Below are positions 53,490-63,339 of a stretch of 64,000 bases of DNA, piece by piece (position 1 is the first letter of the stretch; each line of letters opens with the position of its first letter). The notes beneath the pieces were generated by a model. It saw nothing but the letters and a program-made list of their open reading frames with translations, had not been told where the DNA came from and did not search any database. The translations under genes and the position numbers were made by a program. The stretch spans positions 7,381 to 71,380 of the forward strand of contig CAVDMV010000004.1 of assembly GCA_963610315.1 (NCBI GenBank), given 5' to 3'. This DNA is from Acutalibacteraceae bacterium. Its GTDB lineage: Bacteria > Bacillota_I > Bacilli_A > RFN20 > CAG-449.

Positions 53490-56249
53490 ATGAAAAAGAC
53501 ATGCTTAAAAATTTTATCTCTTACCTTATTACTTGGATGTATTGTTTCTTGCTCGGGAGAAGTTAGTTCATCAAGTTCTTCTTCAAGCCAAACACCTAGT
53601 TCTTCTTCTAGCGTAGTTAAAAACAAATACATTCATGATACAACTGATTATTCTTCGTTAGAAATGGCTCCAACTACTAAAGTTAGATTTCATTATCACC
53701 GTGCAGATCAAGATGACAATTACACTGTTTATAATGAATGGTCTTTATGGGTTTGGGGAACAGCTAACGGAGCGAGATATCAATTCACTCATTATGATGA
53801 TTTCGGTGTCTTTGGAGATGTTGAATTATCAAAAGTAGGCACTGATGTCACTCAAATTGGCCATTTAGTATCTACTTCTGATTGGTCGAAGAAAGATTAT
53901 GAAAGCGATCGTTTCTTAGATATTAAAGCGGAGTCACCAGGTGGAATTCAAAATGTTTACCTCATGTCAGGACAAGCGGAAGTATTTGATAACCCAGAAG
54001 ATGCAAGTAAACCGGCATTGAAGAGTGCGGTATTATCTTCTAATGATAAAATTAGTTTCTCCTTTGTTAATTTACCTTCCTCATTTACTTTTGATGAAAA
54101 GAAATTAACTATTATGAATGGGGAAAATAAATTTACTGGTTATACAGCTTCATTTAATAGTTATAGTAAAGTGGTCACACTTACTTTAACTGAACAATTA
54201 GATATCACTCAAACAATGAATGTTATCTATAAGATTGATAATGATACAGAAATTAAAACTAAAATTGTCATTACTACTTACTTTGATTCAGATGAATTTA
54301 AGAATGCATATACTTATACTGGTGATGATTTAGGTGTAACATTTGATAATGAAGAAATGGTTACAAAAACTAACTTCAAAGTATGGGCTCCTACTTCACA
54401 AAAATTAGTCTTAAAAGTCTATGAATCAGGTACACCTTTAGAAAATGAAACTGTTTATAAAGAAGTTGAAATGGTTAAAGGCGAAAAAGGAACATGGGCA
54501 ACAACGATTAACGAAGATTTACATGGTAAATACTATACTTATGTCGTAACTAACGCGTCAGGAATTAACGAAGTAGTTGATCCTTATGCTAAATCAACTG
54601 GCTTAAATGGCTTAAGAGGTATGGTAGTTAACTTTACTAAACTTAATAAAACTATTACTGGTTGGTCTAGTGATACAAGAGCGAATTTATTAAATAATTC
54701 AAATAACTTAACTGATGCTTCTATTTATGAACTTCATGTTAGAGATATGACTATCTCAGAAACAAGTGGAGTTCAAAAATCTTTGCGAGGTAAATTCTTA
54801 GGCTTAGCTAGTGAAGGAACAACTTATACTAGTGATGGAGTAACTGTTTCAACAGGCTTAGATCATATCGCCGAACTCGGCGTAACACATGTCCAAATTC
54901 AACCAGTATATGACTTTAATTCAGTCGATGAATCAAAAGCTACAACTGATGTAGTAGGAAGAAATTCTGGTCAATATAACTGGGGATATGATCCACTTAA
55001 CTACAACGCTTTAGAAGGAAGTTATTCAACTAATCCTAGTGATGGATTTAACCGTATTGTTGAATTTAAGCAAATGATTATGGCTCTTCATAATAAAGGT
55101 ATTAATATCAATATGGATGTCGTTTATAATCATACTGCAAGTTTAGATAATACTAATTTTGAATTATTAGTTCCCTATTATTATCACCGTTCTTCTAGTG
55201 ATGGTAAATTCTCTAATGGATCAGGATGTGGAAACGAAATGGCAAGTGATCGTTCAATGGTTAATAAATTCATCGTTGATTCAACTGCTTTCTATATGAA
55301 AGAATATCATTTATCTGGTTTTAGATTTGACCTTATGGGTTTAATTGATAACCAAACAATGATTGATGTATATAAATCGTGTAAGAAGATTGATCCTAAT
55401 GCGATGATTTATGGTGAACCTTGGACTGGAGGAACTACAACTTTAAGAAATGGTCGATCAGAATCTAATTTAACTAAACAACAAACATTACAAACTTCAT
55501 TAGCTCAAGAATATTTCGAGGGTGCAGGCATTTATGTTGGAGCGTTTAATGATAAGATTAGAAACGGCATTCGTGGAGATAATAATCCATCGAAAGGATT
55601 TGTTACCGGCGGAACTGCTTCAGGTGTCTTAGATGGCTTAAAAGGTATATTTGATGGATCAACTGAAAGTAATATTTCTCCTCAACAAGTAATTAATTAT
55701 GTTTCTTGTCACGATAACTATACGCTTTATGATCAACTCGCTCAAACGATTGGCTCTAGAGATTTAATGAAAGCTTATAAACAAGCCGATATGATGGTAT
55801 TTACTTCTCAAGGTATTCCATTTATCCAAGAAGGAGAAGAATTCGCGCGTAGTAAAGCTTATCTTGATGACGAAGGTAAGACTAAGTACGAAGGTAATTC
55901 ATATAATGTCGGTGATGAAATTAATCAGATGGATTATTCTTTAAAGATTAAGAATAAAGGATTAAATGATTTCTTTAAAGACTTAATCAAAGTAAGAAAA
56001 GATCATGAAGAATTTAGATATGTAACTCGTAGTGAAATTAGAAATAATTTTGTTAAGAATGATTCTTCCTCTTCTTCTTATATGTATACTCTTAATAATA
56101 ACATTGTTGTTATTCATACTTCGAACGATGCTTCATTTACGTTAGATGGAACATATGATACTTTACTAAGTAATTTTGATTCTTTAACTACTTATTCTTC
56201 ATCCATTTCATTAAAAGCAAATGAATCAATTATCTTAAAAAAGAAATAG
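53490..56249 (+). CDS. pulA: Lipid-anchored type I pullulanase (GH13 with N-terminal CBM-like domains)
   Basis: Lipobox IVSC plus a Ser run. Pullulanase signature YNWGYDP; VVYNHT, GFRFDLMG, YGEPW, YVSCHDN. Confidence 0.93.
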   Translation: MKKTCLKILSLTLLLGCIVSCSGEVSSSSSSSSQTPSSSSSVVKNKYIHDTTDYSSLEMAPTTKVRFHYHRADQDDNYTVYNEWSLWVWGTANGARYQFTHYDDFGVFGDVELSKVGTDVTQIGHLVSTSDWSKKDYESDRFLDIKAESPGGIQNVYLMSGQAEVFDNPEDASKPALKSAVLSSNDKISFSFVNLPSSFTFDEKKLTIMNGENKFTGYTASFNSYSKVVTLTLTEQLDITQTMNVIYKIDNDTEIKTKIVITTYFDSDEFKNAYTYTGDDLGVTFDNEEMVTKTNFKVWAPTSQKLVLKVYESGTPLENETVYKEVEMVKGEKGTWATTINEDLHGKYYTYVVTNASGINEVVDPYAKSTGLNGLRGMVVNFTKLNKTITGWSSDTRANLLNNSNNLTDASIYELHVRDMTISETSGVQKSLRGKFLGLASEGTTYTSDGVTVSTGLDHIAELGVTHVQIQPVYDFNSVDESKATTDVVGRNSGQYNWGYDPLNYNALEGSYSTNPSDGFNRIVEFKQMIMALHNKGININMDVVYNHTASLDNTNFELLVPYYYHRSSSDGKFSNGSGCGNEMASDRSMVNKFIVDSTAFYMKEYHLSGFRFDLMGLIDNQTMIDVYKSCKKIDPNAMIYGEPWTGGTTTLRNGRSESNLTKQQTLQTSLAQEYFEGAGIYVGAFNDKIRNGIRGDNNPSKGFVTGGTASGVLDGLKGIFDGSTESNISPQQVINYVSCHDNYTLYDQLAQTIGSRDLMKAYKQADMMVFTSQGIPFIQEGEEFARSKAYLDDEGKTKYEGNSYNVGDEINQMDYSLKIKNKGLNDFFKDLIKVRKDHEEFRYVTRSEIRNNFVKNDSSSSSYMYTLNNNIVVIHTSNDASFTLDGTYDTLLSNFDSLTTYSSSISLKANESIILKKK

Positions 56250-56256
56250 TAAATTA

Positions 56257-56288
56257 AAAGGAAAGCTTTTATTCGGCTTTCCTTTTTA
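56257..56288. terminator. Bidirectional terminator between pulA and the convergent membrane-protein operon
   Basis: Stem AAAGGAAAGC / GCTTTCCTTT with flanking A/T runs. Confidence 0.75.
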
Positions 56289-56293
56289 AGTAC

Positions 56294-56788
56294 TTATTTA
56301 TGTTTCTTTTTCATTGATGGATCTTCTAGACCAAAATATTGGAATAGATAAATAAAGATTAAATCAATAATTACTAAACTAAAACAAGAGATAATAAAAT
56401 TCTTAATATTATCGTTTAATGTTCCAAGTGGTAAAGAGACATTATTCTTAATTACGATAAGATAAATAATTCCTAAGATAAAGAAGAAATTACCGATCAC
56501 ACAGAAGTTTAATAAAGGTGTATTTTTATCTCCATTTGCATCAAAACACAAGAATTTAATAAAATTACTACCTGATTTAAAAGAGATAAATGTATTTACA
56601 ATTTGAGTAATATTAAATACGATTAATAAAACAAAACAAATGGTATACATTACATAATCCATTACACTTATTGTTGAGATATTAGAAATAAAATCAACTA
56701 ATAAGAGACTAAAGAACGTTAAGCTTATAATTAGACCAATAAATAAAGAAATTAATAATGAGATACGATAGCTTTTTAATTTAGTCAT
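56294..56788 (-). CDS. Small polytopic membrane protein, unknown function
   Basis: 164 aa with about 4 hydrophobic segments. RBS GAAAGGA. Starts 2 nt after the upstream gene's stop. Confidence 0.7.
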   Translation of the reverse strand: MTKLKSYRISLLISLFIGLIISLTFFSLLLVDFISNISTISVMDYVMYTICFVLLIVFNITQIVNTFISFKSGSNFIKFLCFDANGDKNTPLLNFCVIGNFFFILGIIYLIVIKNNVSLPLGTLNDNIKNFIISCFSLVIIDLIFIYLFQYFGLEDPSMKKKHK

Positions 56789-56790
56789 AT

Positions 56791-57870
56791 TTATAATTTC
56801 CTTTCTTTTTCTTGAGGAGAAGTAACGTTGAGCGAGTCCATATTTTCTAAGGTAGAAACAAAATCTACATCAGTTATTTTCTTGCCTTCTTCTGAATCAA
56901 AATAAGCTTCTTCTTCGACGCGATCTTTAAATAATAAAGATTCATTAATGTAACAAGTATTCATCTTTAATATCTTATCCGCGAAATCTAAATTCTTTTT
57001 AGAAACTAATAAGATTAAGAGATTTAAAGCTAAATAAGCAATAATAAAGATGATGATTGTATTTCTTGTAAAATAGAGTATTCCAATAAAAGGTATAAAA
57101 AAATAAATAATCGGTCTAAGTGCGATTTTCCATCTTGGTACTAAATAACCATTAATATAATTTGAGTGGCCTAATTTATAAACTTTTTCTATTAAGGTAG
57201 AACCATATTTATTAGTTAAAGGAATGATGTAATAGAAGATAATAATTGATATTAAGAAAGAAATGATACGCGCGGACATTTCTAATGTCGCAGTAGTATT
57301 ATATAAAGAATTGTATTCTACATTAAATGTTCTTAGATAAGGTTCTAACAAACAATAAGCATTATAGAAAAGATCAGACATATTTTTATAATATGTTTTA
57401 GAAGGATTTTCTAAGATGATTCTTTCTGCGATAACTTCAGTATCAAATTCTCCGTTTTCTTTTTGGCTGTATTTATAATATTCAGTTGAATATGATTCAT
57501 TAGTTGGATTAATAGGTAAATTTAATACCATGATGTTATAGATATGAGTAATTGTTTTTTCTTCGTTATAACGAGTATTATATGCTTTAGTTATTTCACT
57601 AGGATATTTATTAAAATAGAAATCTTGGATAATTTTTTCGTATTCTGTATAATCTAAGCCTTCAGCTAAATTTAGGTTGTATTCGAACTTTATTTCATTA
57701 ATACGTGATATTTTATTAACGTAATTACCTCCGAAGTTAAAGAGGCTAAAAATGAGGGCGAAATAAAGTATAGTTGTACTAATAAAGACGATTACATTAT
57801 CAAGAAATACCGTGATCAATTTATGATTAGTGAAAGCAACAGATATTCTTAAATCTCTTTTAGTTCTCAT
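56791..57870 (-). CDS. RDD-like membrane protein (paralog of 57867-58847)
   Basis: Same architecture as the upstream gene: N-terminal TM, ~150-aa loop domain, C-terminal TM pair. Shared L(V/L)PRW block. ATGA overlap with the upstream gene. Confidence 0.7.
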   Translation of the reverse strand: MRTKRDLRISVAFTNHKLITVFLDNVIVFISTTILYFALIFSLFNFGGNYVNKISRINEIKFEYNLNLAEGLDYTEYEKIIQDFYFNKYPSEITKAYNTRYNEEKTITHIYNIMVLNLPINPTNESYSTEYYKYSQKENGEFDTEVIAERIILENPSKTYYKNMSDLFYNAYCLLEPYLRTFNVEYNSLYNTTATLEMSARIISFLISIIIFYYIIPLTNKYGSTLIEKVYKLGHSNYINGYLVPRWKIALRPIIYFFIPFIGILYFTRNTIIIFIIAYLALNLLILLVSKKNLDFADKILKMNTCYINESLLFKDRVEEEAYFDSEEGKKITDVDFVSTLENMDSLNVTSPQEKERKL

Positions 57871-58847
57871 AGATCAATACCTCTTTCTCTTTGTCTATTA
57901 ATGTAATAAGATTCTTCTTTTTCATTATCAAAATAAATAGATCTAGTATTATCTATCACAATTGATTTTGCGAATATATCATGTAGGCATTTTCTTTTTT
58001 TGGTAAACATAAACATTGTATAAGAAATTAATAATGTTCCTCCAAAAGAGAGAACACCTAAAATTATTTCAAATAAGAGATAACTTATCCAACGAGGTAA
58101 TAACATATATTTCTTTAAAGTATAACCTTTATCGGAAATAATACCAATTTTAAAGATGTGTTTACCAATTGTTTCATTATGTGGTGAAAATAAAGGGATT
58201 AAGAATTCAAAGATAAAGGAGAAACCTGCAAGAACTGGGATAATCCAATATAAAGAAGACATTAATATTTGTTGATTAGAAGAAGTTAAAGAAGTAATTG
58301 ATGAACTATTGATGACACTTTTACACGCCCCTTGGAAAGCTTCATAAAAGAAAGTGACAGTATCTTCTTCTTTAGAAGAATCGATCAATGTGAATTTATA
58401 AGTAGTTTCATCAAATTCTTTAATATTTGAAGTAGTTGAACCGACTTTTAAAATATTATTTTTATATACTTCACTTGATAAATTACTACTCGCTCCGTAA
58501 AAAGTGTATTTTGTTGTATAGAATTCAAATAGGGCTTTCGATAATTTAATACCTTCATATTTTTTATTATTAAATGTAATAGAGACATCATATAGGTCAT
58601 CAACTTTTTTGATGTTTCCAAATTGAGAATACGCGGCATAATTACCGTCACTATCAACCGCGAATAAACCGGAGTCTTTATATAACTCAACGAGTTTAGT
58701 ATTATTTTCTAACATTTTTGCTTTATCAAAAGTGTTAGGAAAAACAAGTGTAACATATAGTACTACACTAGTTAAAATTAAGATGAATAAATCAATTACC
58801 CGAGATAAAATACGATGGGATTTCTTTGCATAATATATATTTTTCAT
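57867..58847 (-). CDS. RDD-family membrane protein
   Basis: N-terminus MKNIYYAKKSHRILSRVIDLFILIL resembles the RDD-domain start. Start set at ATG 58847; the track's 58883 start adds 12 hydrophobic residues. Confidence 0.7.
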   Translation of the reverse strand: MKNIYYAKKSHRILSRVIDLFILILTSVVLYVTLVFPNTFDKAKMLENNTKLVELYKDSGLFAVDSDGNYAAYSQFGNIKKVDDLYDVSITFNNKKYEGIKLSKALFEFYTTKYTFYGASSNLSSEVYKNNILKVGSTTSNIKEFDETTYKFTLIDSSKEEDTVTFFYEAFQGACKSVINSSSITSLTSSNQQILMSSLYWIIPVLAGFSFIFEFLIPLFSPHNETIGKHIFKIGIISDKGYTLKKYMLLPRWISYLLFEIILGVLSFGGTLLISYTMFMFTKKRKCLHDIFAKSIVIDNTRSIYFDNEKEESYYINRQRERGIDL

Positions 58848-59125
58848 GAGGAAATTATAACATATGGAGAAAAGATAAAACATAAAAAATATATTTTTAT
58901 ATAAAAATATATGTTAATTAAATTAAAATATTTTTTAGGATTTTTTCTTCTTTTTGCAAAAGATATTAATGTAGAACTTATTTGAAATCAAAATAAGTAA
59001 AACTTTTGCTTTACTTTAACTTCCCTTTAATATATTATATTAATGCGCGTAAATGCGTACGGGTGTGAAGGCCCAACTCTCTGCTACAAAAGATGTAGCC
59101 AGAAGACCATAGGGAGGTGTAAGTA

Positions 59126-59410
59126 ATGAAAAAATATGAGATTATGTATATCCTTAAAGCAAATCTTGATGATGCAGCTCGTAACGAATTAATCGGCAAG
59201 CTCAATGACATTCTTACTTCTGAAGGTGGCGCTATTGAAAACGTCAACGAATGGGGTTTAAAAGATTTAGCTTACGAAATCAATCGTGAAAAAAAGGGAT
59301 ATTATGTTGTAGTCGATGCAAATGTTTCTTCAACAGCTGTTGTTGATGAATTCAGCAGAAGAGCAAAACTCAACGCTAATGTTTTACGTCATTTAGTTAT
59401 CGCTAAATAA
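59126..59410 (+). CDS. rpsF: 30S ribosomal protein S6
   Basis: MKKYEIMYILK... is a canonical S6 N-terminus. GGGAGGTG RBS. Confidence 0.97.
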   Translation: MKKYEIMYILKANLDDAARNELIGKLNDILTSEGGAIENVNEWGLKDLAYEINREKKGYYVVVDANVSSTAVVDEFSRRAKLNANVLRHLVIAK

Positions 59411-59436
59411 GTTCTACTATAGGAGGAATTATTTAT

Positions 59437-59895
59437 ATGATTAATCGTGTAGTATTAGTTGGACGTTTGACAAGAGATCCAGAATTAAGAAGAACACAAA
59501 GTGGCACAGCTGTAGCTTCCTTCACAGTAGCAGTTGATAACCGTACAAAAGATCAAAATGGTGAAAGAACAACTTCATTCATTCCATGTACAGTTTGGAA
59601 TCAAGCGGCAGAAAATGTTGCTAAATTCATGCACAAGGGTTCATTAGTAGGTGTCGAAGGTAGATTAAACCAACGTAGCTACGATTCTAAGGACGGACGT
59701 CGTGTATCAGTCGTCGAAGTTATTTGTGACTCTGTTCAATTCTTAGAAAGAAAAGGAGAAGGTAATGTATCTAGTTCATCTAATGATGATTTAGGTGCTT
59801 CACAATCATATCAACCTGATCCTGAACCAGTAGAAGAACCTGCATCTAAAAATGTATCTTCTATACCAGTCGCAGATGATGATTTACCATTCTAA
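59437..59895 (+). CDS. ssb: Single-stranded DNA-binding protein
   Basis: OB-fold N-terminus MINRVVLVGRLTRDPELR, with acidic C-terminal tip DDDLPF. Confidence 0.97.
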   Translation: MINRVVLVGRLTRDPELRRTQSGTAVASFTVAVDNRTKDQNGERTTSFIPCTVWNQAAENVAKFMHKGSLVGVEGRLNQRSYDSKDGRRVSVVEVICDSVQFLERKGEGNVSSSSNDDLGASQSYQPDPEPVEEPASKNVSSIPVADDDLPF

Positions 59896-59946
59896 GTGGT
59901 AGTCAAAATTTGATCCTAAGCAATTAGGAGGAAAGGTAGGAAAATT

Positions 59947-60174
59947 ATGGCATTTAAGAAAATGAGACCTAGAAAAAAGGTTTGTATTTTTTGTAAAAAT
60001 AAGAATCAAGTAATTGATTATAAAGATGTTGAAACTTTAAAACGTTTCGTTTCTCCTAACGGAAAAATTTCACCACGTCGTGTAACAGGCGCATGTGCAA
60101 AACATCAAAGAGCTGTTGAACAAGCAATTAAGAATGCTCGTATCATGGCTTTATTACCATTCATTGCTGATTAA
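59947..60174 (+). CDS. rpsR: 30S ribosomal protein S18
   Basis: 75 aa with CIFCKN...IDYKD...LKRF....GKI..RR.TG.CAKHQR. Confidence 0.97.
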   Translation: MAFKKMRPRKKVCIFCKNKNQVIDYKDVETLKRFVSPNGKISPRRVTGACAKHQRAVEQAIKNARIMALLPFIAD

Positions 60175-60186
60175 TTATTGAATGTT

Positions 60187-60212
60187 AACCCGGTTTATCC
60201 GGGTTTTATTTT
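60187..60212 (+). terminator. rpsF-ssb-rpsR operon terminator
   Basis: Stem AACCCGG / CCGGGTT followed by TTATTTT. Confidence 0.7.
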
Positions 60213-60262
60213 ACCTAAAATTAATCTATTCATGGTATTATATTTCAAAAGGAGATTAAAAG

Positions 60263-61249
60263 ATGAGGAATAGTTCATTTAAAATTCGCCAAATTACTGA
60301 TGCAAGTGTTATTGTTGCACTTTATGCGATATTTTTACTTATCTGTCGTTTAACTGGTAGTCTACTTGAAAGAGATTTATTTTTTATAATGCCTTTACCT
60401 ATTGCGATATACGCTTATAAATATGACTTAAAAACAACTTTGATCCCTTTTGTATCTACTTCGATAATCGCTATATTTTTATGTACTAATCCAATCAACG
60501 CTTTAGTATATGTTTTACCAGGATTAATTATTGGAGCTTTACACGGGGGATTATTTTCTAAAATAAAAATTAATAGGTGGTTAAATATTTTTATTTTAAC
60601 GCTTCTTTCTTCAATTACAGAAGTTTTATCCGCGGTAGTTCTTTCTAGCGTATTAGGTGTAGAAAATATTTTTGATAGCATTAATTATATTGTTAATTTG
60701 ATTAATGATGGTTTGAGTAGTTTAAATATCTCGTCATTTAACTTAACTTTATTAAAAAGTATTATGCAAGGACTAATTCCTTCTATTATTCTAATTGTTA
60801 GTTTAATGGATGCAGTAGTATTTTATCTTTTATTTATCCTCTTTATTCAAAGAACAAAAATTAAAAAAGATAACTTTGATTTTAAAGAAAAATTTAATTT
60901 TAATTCTCAATCTCCTCTTTTTGGTATAATTTATATTCTCATAGTTATTTTAAGCTTTGTTAGTATTAGTTTTTACGTTAAAAGCGAGGGATTTTTATAT
61001 ATTTTGTTTACTATTATCATTAATGCATTTGTAATTTTAACGTTTGTTTTTGCTTATTTTGGCTATAAATTTTTGATTTTGGTCGCTCGTATTTATAATA
61101 AGAAATGGCTCATTATTATTGCAATGCTTGGAGTAATTATTCTTTTTCCAATTGTCGCTTTTATCGGCGTTATCGATAATATAGGACAAATAAGCGTTAG
61201 ATTAATTGGAACGCAAAATAATGAAAATACAACTAATAAAAATCTTTAA
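60263..61249 (+). CDS. Polytopic membrane protein (YybS/DUF2232-like, judged by position upstream of gdpP)
   Basis: 328 aa with at least 8 hydrophobic segments. Occupies the slot held by yybS between rpsR and gdpP in Bacillus. AGGAGA RBS. Confidence 0.65.
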   Translation: MRNSSFKIRQITDASVIVALYAIFLLICRLTGSLLERDLFFIMPLPIAIYAYKYDLKTTLIPFVSTSIIAIFLCTNPINALVYVLPGLIIGALHGGLFSKIKINRWLNIFILTLLSSITEVLSAVVLSSVLGVENIFDSINYIVNLINDGLSSLNISSFNLTLLKSIMQGLIPSIILIVSLMDAVVFYLLFILFIQRTKIKKDNFDFKEKFNFNSQSPLFGIIYILIVILSFVSISFYVKSEGFLYILFTIIINAFVILTFVFAYFGYKFLILVARIYNKKWLIIIAMLGVIILFPIVAFIGVIDNIGQISVRLIGTQNNENTTNKNL

Positions 61250-61334
61250 ACTTAAAATTTACTATATATTAAATATATAGTATAATTAAAAAAGCTATAG
61301 ATATTATTAGTTTATTTTGTCGGAGGTAACTCAT

Positions 61335-63338
61335 ATGCAAAAATTGATTAGGAAATATATATTACTCTTTTTGGCCCTATCTACTTTAGAAATTATTGGT
61401 GCTGCAGCATTATTCTTATTCCATACATTTAATTATAAGAATATTACAGAAATTTCTATTATTTCATTATGTGGAATTATTCTTTTTGATGCTTTTATTT
61501 TAATCTTTGCTTTCTCAAGAGTTATGAAAGAAAAACAAAAGAATGAAATTTCAATTGTTGAAATTGTTGGTGAAGGTATTCAAGAAGTTTATAACTTTGG
61601 CCAAATGGGTATCATGATTGTTGATGATAATGATTCTGTTATCTGGGCTAATGAATGGTTTAAAAATACTAAAGATAAAATCATTGATAAAAATATCTAT
61701 GAATGGAACCATGATTTAATTGCTTTACAAGATAAAGCGGTTGATGATATTCAAATTGAAATTGATAACCGTGTTTACAAAGTAAAACTTGTTAGAGATG
61801 CAAACTTATTCATCTTTAAAGAAATTACTCAACTTGCGACAATTGAAAAATATGCGCTAGATCATGCACCAGTAATTGGTTTAATCACAATCGATGATTA
61901 TCAAGATAATGTTTCATTAGATAATGAAGGTAAATGGAACGATATTATCGGGGCTATTCAAAAAGCAATCTTTGATTATGGTAAGAAATATGGCGTTCTA
62001 GTTAGAAAGATTAGATCAGATTCTTATTCATTAGTCGCGAATGATTTACAATATCAACAAATGTTAAATGATAAATTTTCTCTTATTAATGATGTTAGAA
62101 GAATATCAAAAGAAGAAGGCGTTGACTTAACTATTTCAATGGGTATCTCATTAGGAACAAGTGATTATGTTAAATTAAATGAACTTGCTTCTGATGCAGT
62201 TGATGTCTGTGCTTCTCGTGGTGGTGACCAAGCGGTCGTTGAAGAATACGGTAAAAAGATTATCTTCATCGGTGGTAAAACTGAAGCGAAGAGTTCTAGA
62301 TCTAGAACAAAAGTTAAATGGATTGCTAAATCACTTGAAACATATATGCTTGAAGCAGATAAAATCTTTATTATGGGACATACCGCGGCAGATTTAGATG
62401 CCCTTGGCTCATGTTTAGGCTTTTATACTATCGCACATCAATTAGGTAAAGAAACTTATATTGTTTATGATGATAAAGCGATTGAACCAAAAACTAGACA
62501 AGCATTTAAACAAACTTTTGATCGTGAAACAATTAAAGAAATGGTCGCAACACCTAAAGAAGTAGTAGAAAAAATGACGAAAGAGTCACTACTTATTTGT
62601 ACTGACTTCCATCGTCCTAAGATCGCTCTTGCAGAAAACTTAATTGATTTATTTAATAAAATCGCGGTTATTGATCACCATAGACGTGGAGATGAAATTA
62701 TTGAATCACCAGTTCTTAACTACATTGAACCTAGTGCTTCAAGCGCAAGTGAATTATGCGCGGATATGATTAAGAACTTAGATAAACGTATCATCATTCC
62801 TGAAAATGTCGCGAATATGCTTCTTGCAGGTATTTTACTTGATACAAACCATTACCGTAACAAGACTTCTAAATCAACTTATGATGCTTCATATTTCTTA
62901 AAAGAATTTGGCGCGGATAACCTAATCGCTGACTCATTCTTAAAAGAAGAATTTGAAGAACATAACCTCAAGATCAAGATTATGGCAACGGCCTACTTCC
63001 CATATACTGGAATTGTTATTTGTACATATGATGATCCTGATCCAATAGATAGAACTATGTTATCAATGGTCGCTCAAGATACTCTTGAAATAAAAGGAGT
63101 TAATGCATGTTACTGTATTGGTAAGATTTCTGAAAATAGTATTGGTGTTTCTGCTCGTAGTGATGGAAGTGTTAACGTCCAATTCTTAACTGAAAAGATC
63201 GGCGGCGGCGGTCACTTTGCCGCGGCTGGTGGTCAATTTAAAAATACAACCGTTCAAAAAGTTAAAAAACAAATTCTAGAAGTATTAGATGATTACCTAG
63301 AACAAAGTAGAAATACTGGAGATAAGGAGATAGATTAA
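61335..63338 (+). CDS. gdpP: Cyclic-di-AMP phosphodiesterase GdpP
   Basis: Two N-terminal TM segments, PAS-like and degenerate GGDEF regions, DHH (VIDHHRRG) and DHHA1 (GGGGH) motifs. Start at ATG 61335 after GGAGG. Confidence 0.9.
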   Translation: MQKLIRKYILLFLALSTLEIIGAAALFLFHTFNYKNITEISIISLCGIILFDAFILIFAFSRVMKEKQKNEISIVEIVGEGIQEVYNFGQMGIMIVDDNDSVIWANEWFKNTKDKIIDKNIYEWNHDLIALQDKAVDDIQIEIDNRVYKVKLVRDANLFIFKEITQLATIEKYALDHAPVIGLITIDDYQDNVSLDNEGKWNDIIGAIQKAIFDYGKKYGVLVRKIRSDSYSLVANDLQYQQMLNDKFSLINDVRRISKEEGVDLTISMGISLGTSDYVKLNELASDAVDVCASRGGDQAVVEEYGKKIIFIGGKTEAKSSRSRTKVKWIAKSLETYMLEADKIFIMGHTAADLDALGSCLGFYTIAHQLGKETYIVYDDKAIEPKTRQAFKQTFDRETIKEMVATPKEVVEKMTKESLLICTDFHRPKIALAENLIDLFNKIAVIDHHRRGDEIIESPVLNYIEPSASSASELCADMIKNLDKRIIIPENVANMLLAGILLDTNHYRNKTSKSTYDASYFLKEFGADNLIADSFLKEEFEEHNLKIKIMATAYFPYTGIVICTYDDPDPIDRTMLSMVAQDTLEIKGVNACYCIGKISENSIGVSARSDGSVNVQFLTEKIGGGGHFAAAGGQFKNTTVQKVKKQILEVLDDYLEQSRNTGDKEID

Positions 63339-63339
63339 T

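Noticed and set aside
59035-59247. 70-aa minus-strand ORF across the rpsF leader and 5' end
   Set aside because: It is antisense to a ribosomal protein gene and its structured leader. It has no RBS.
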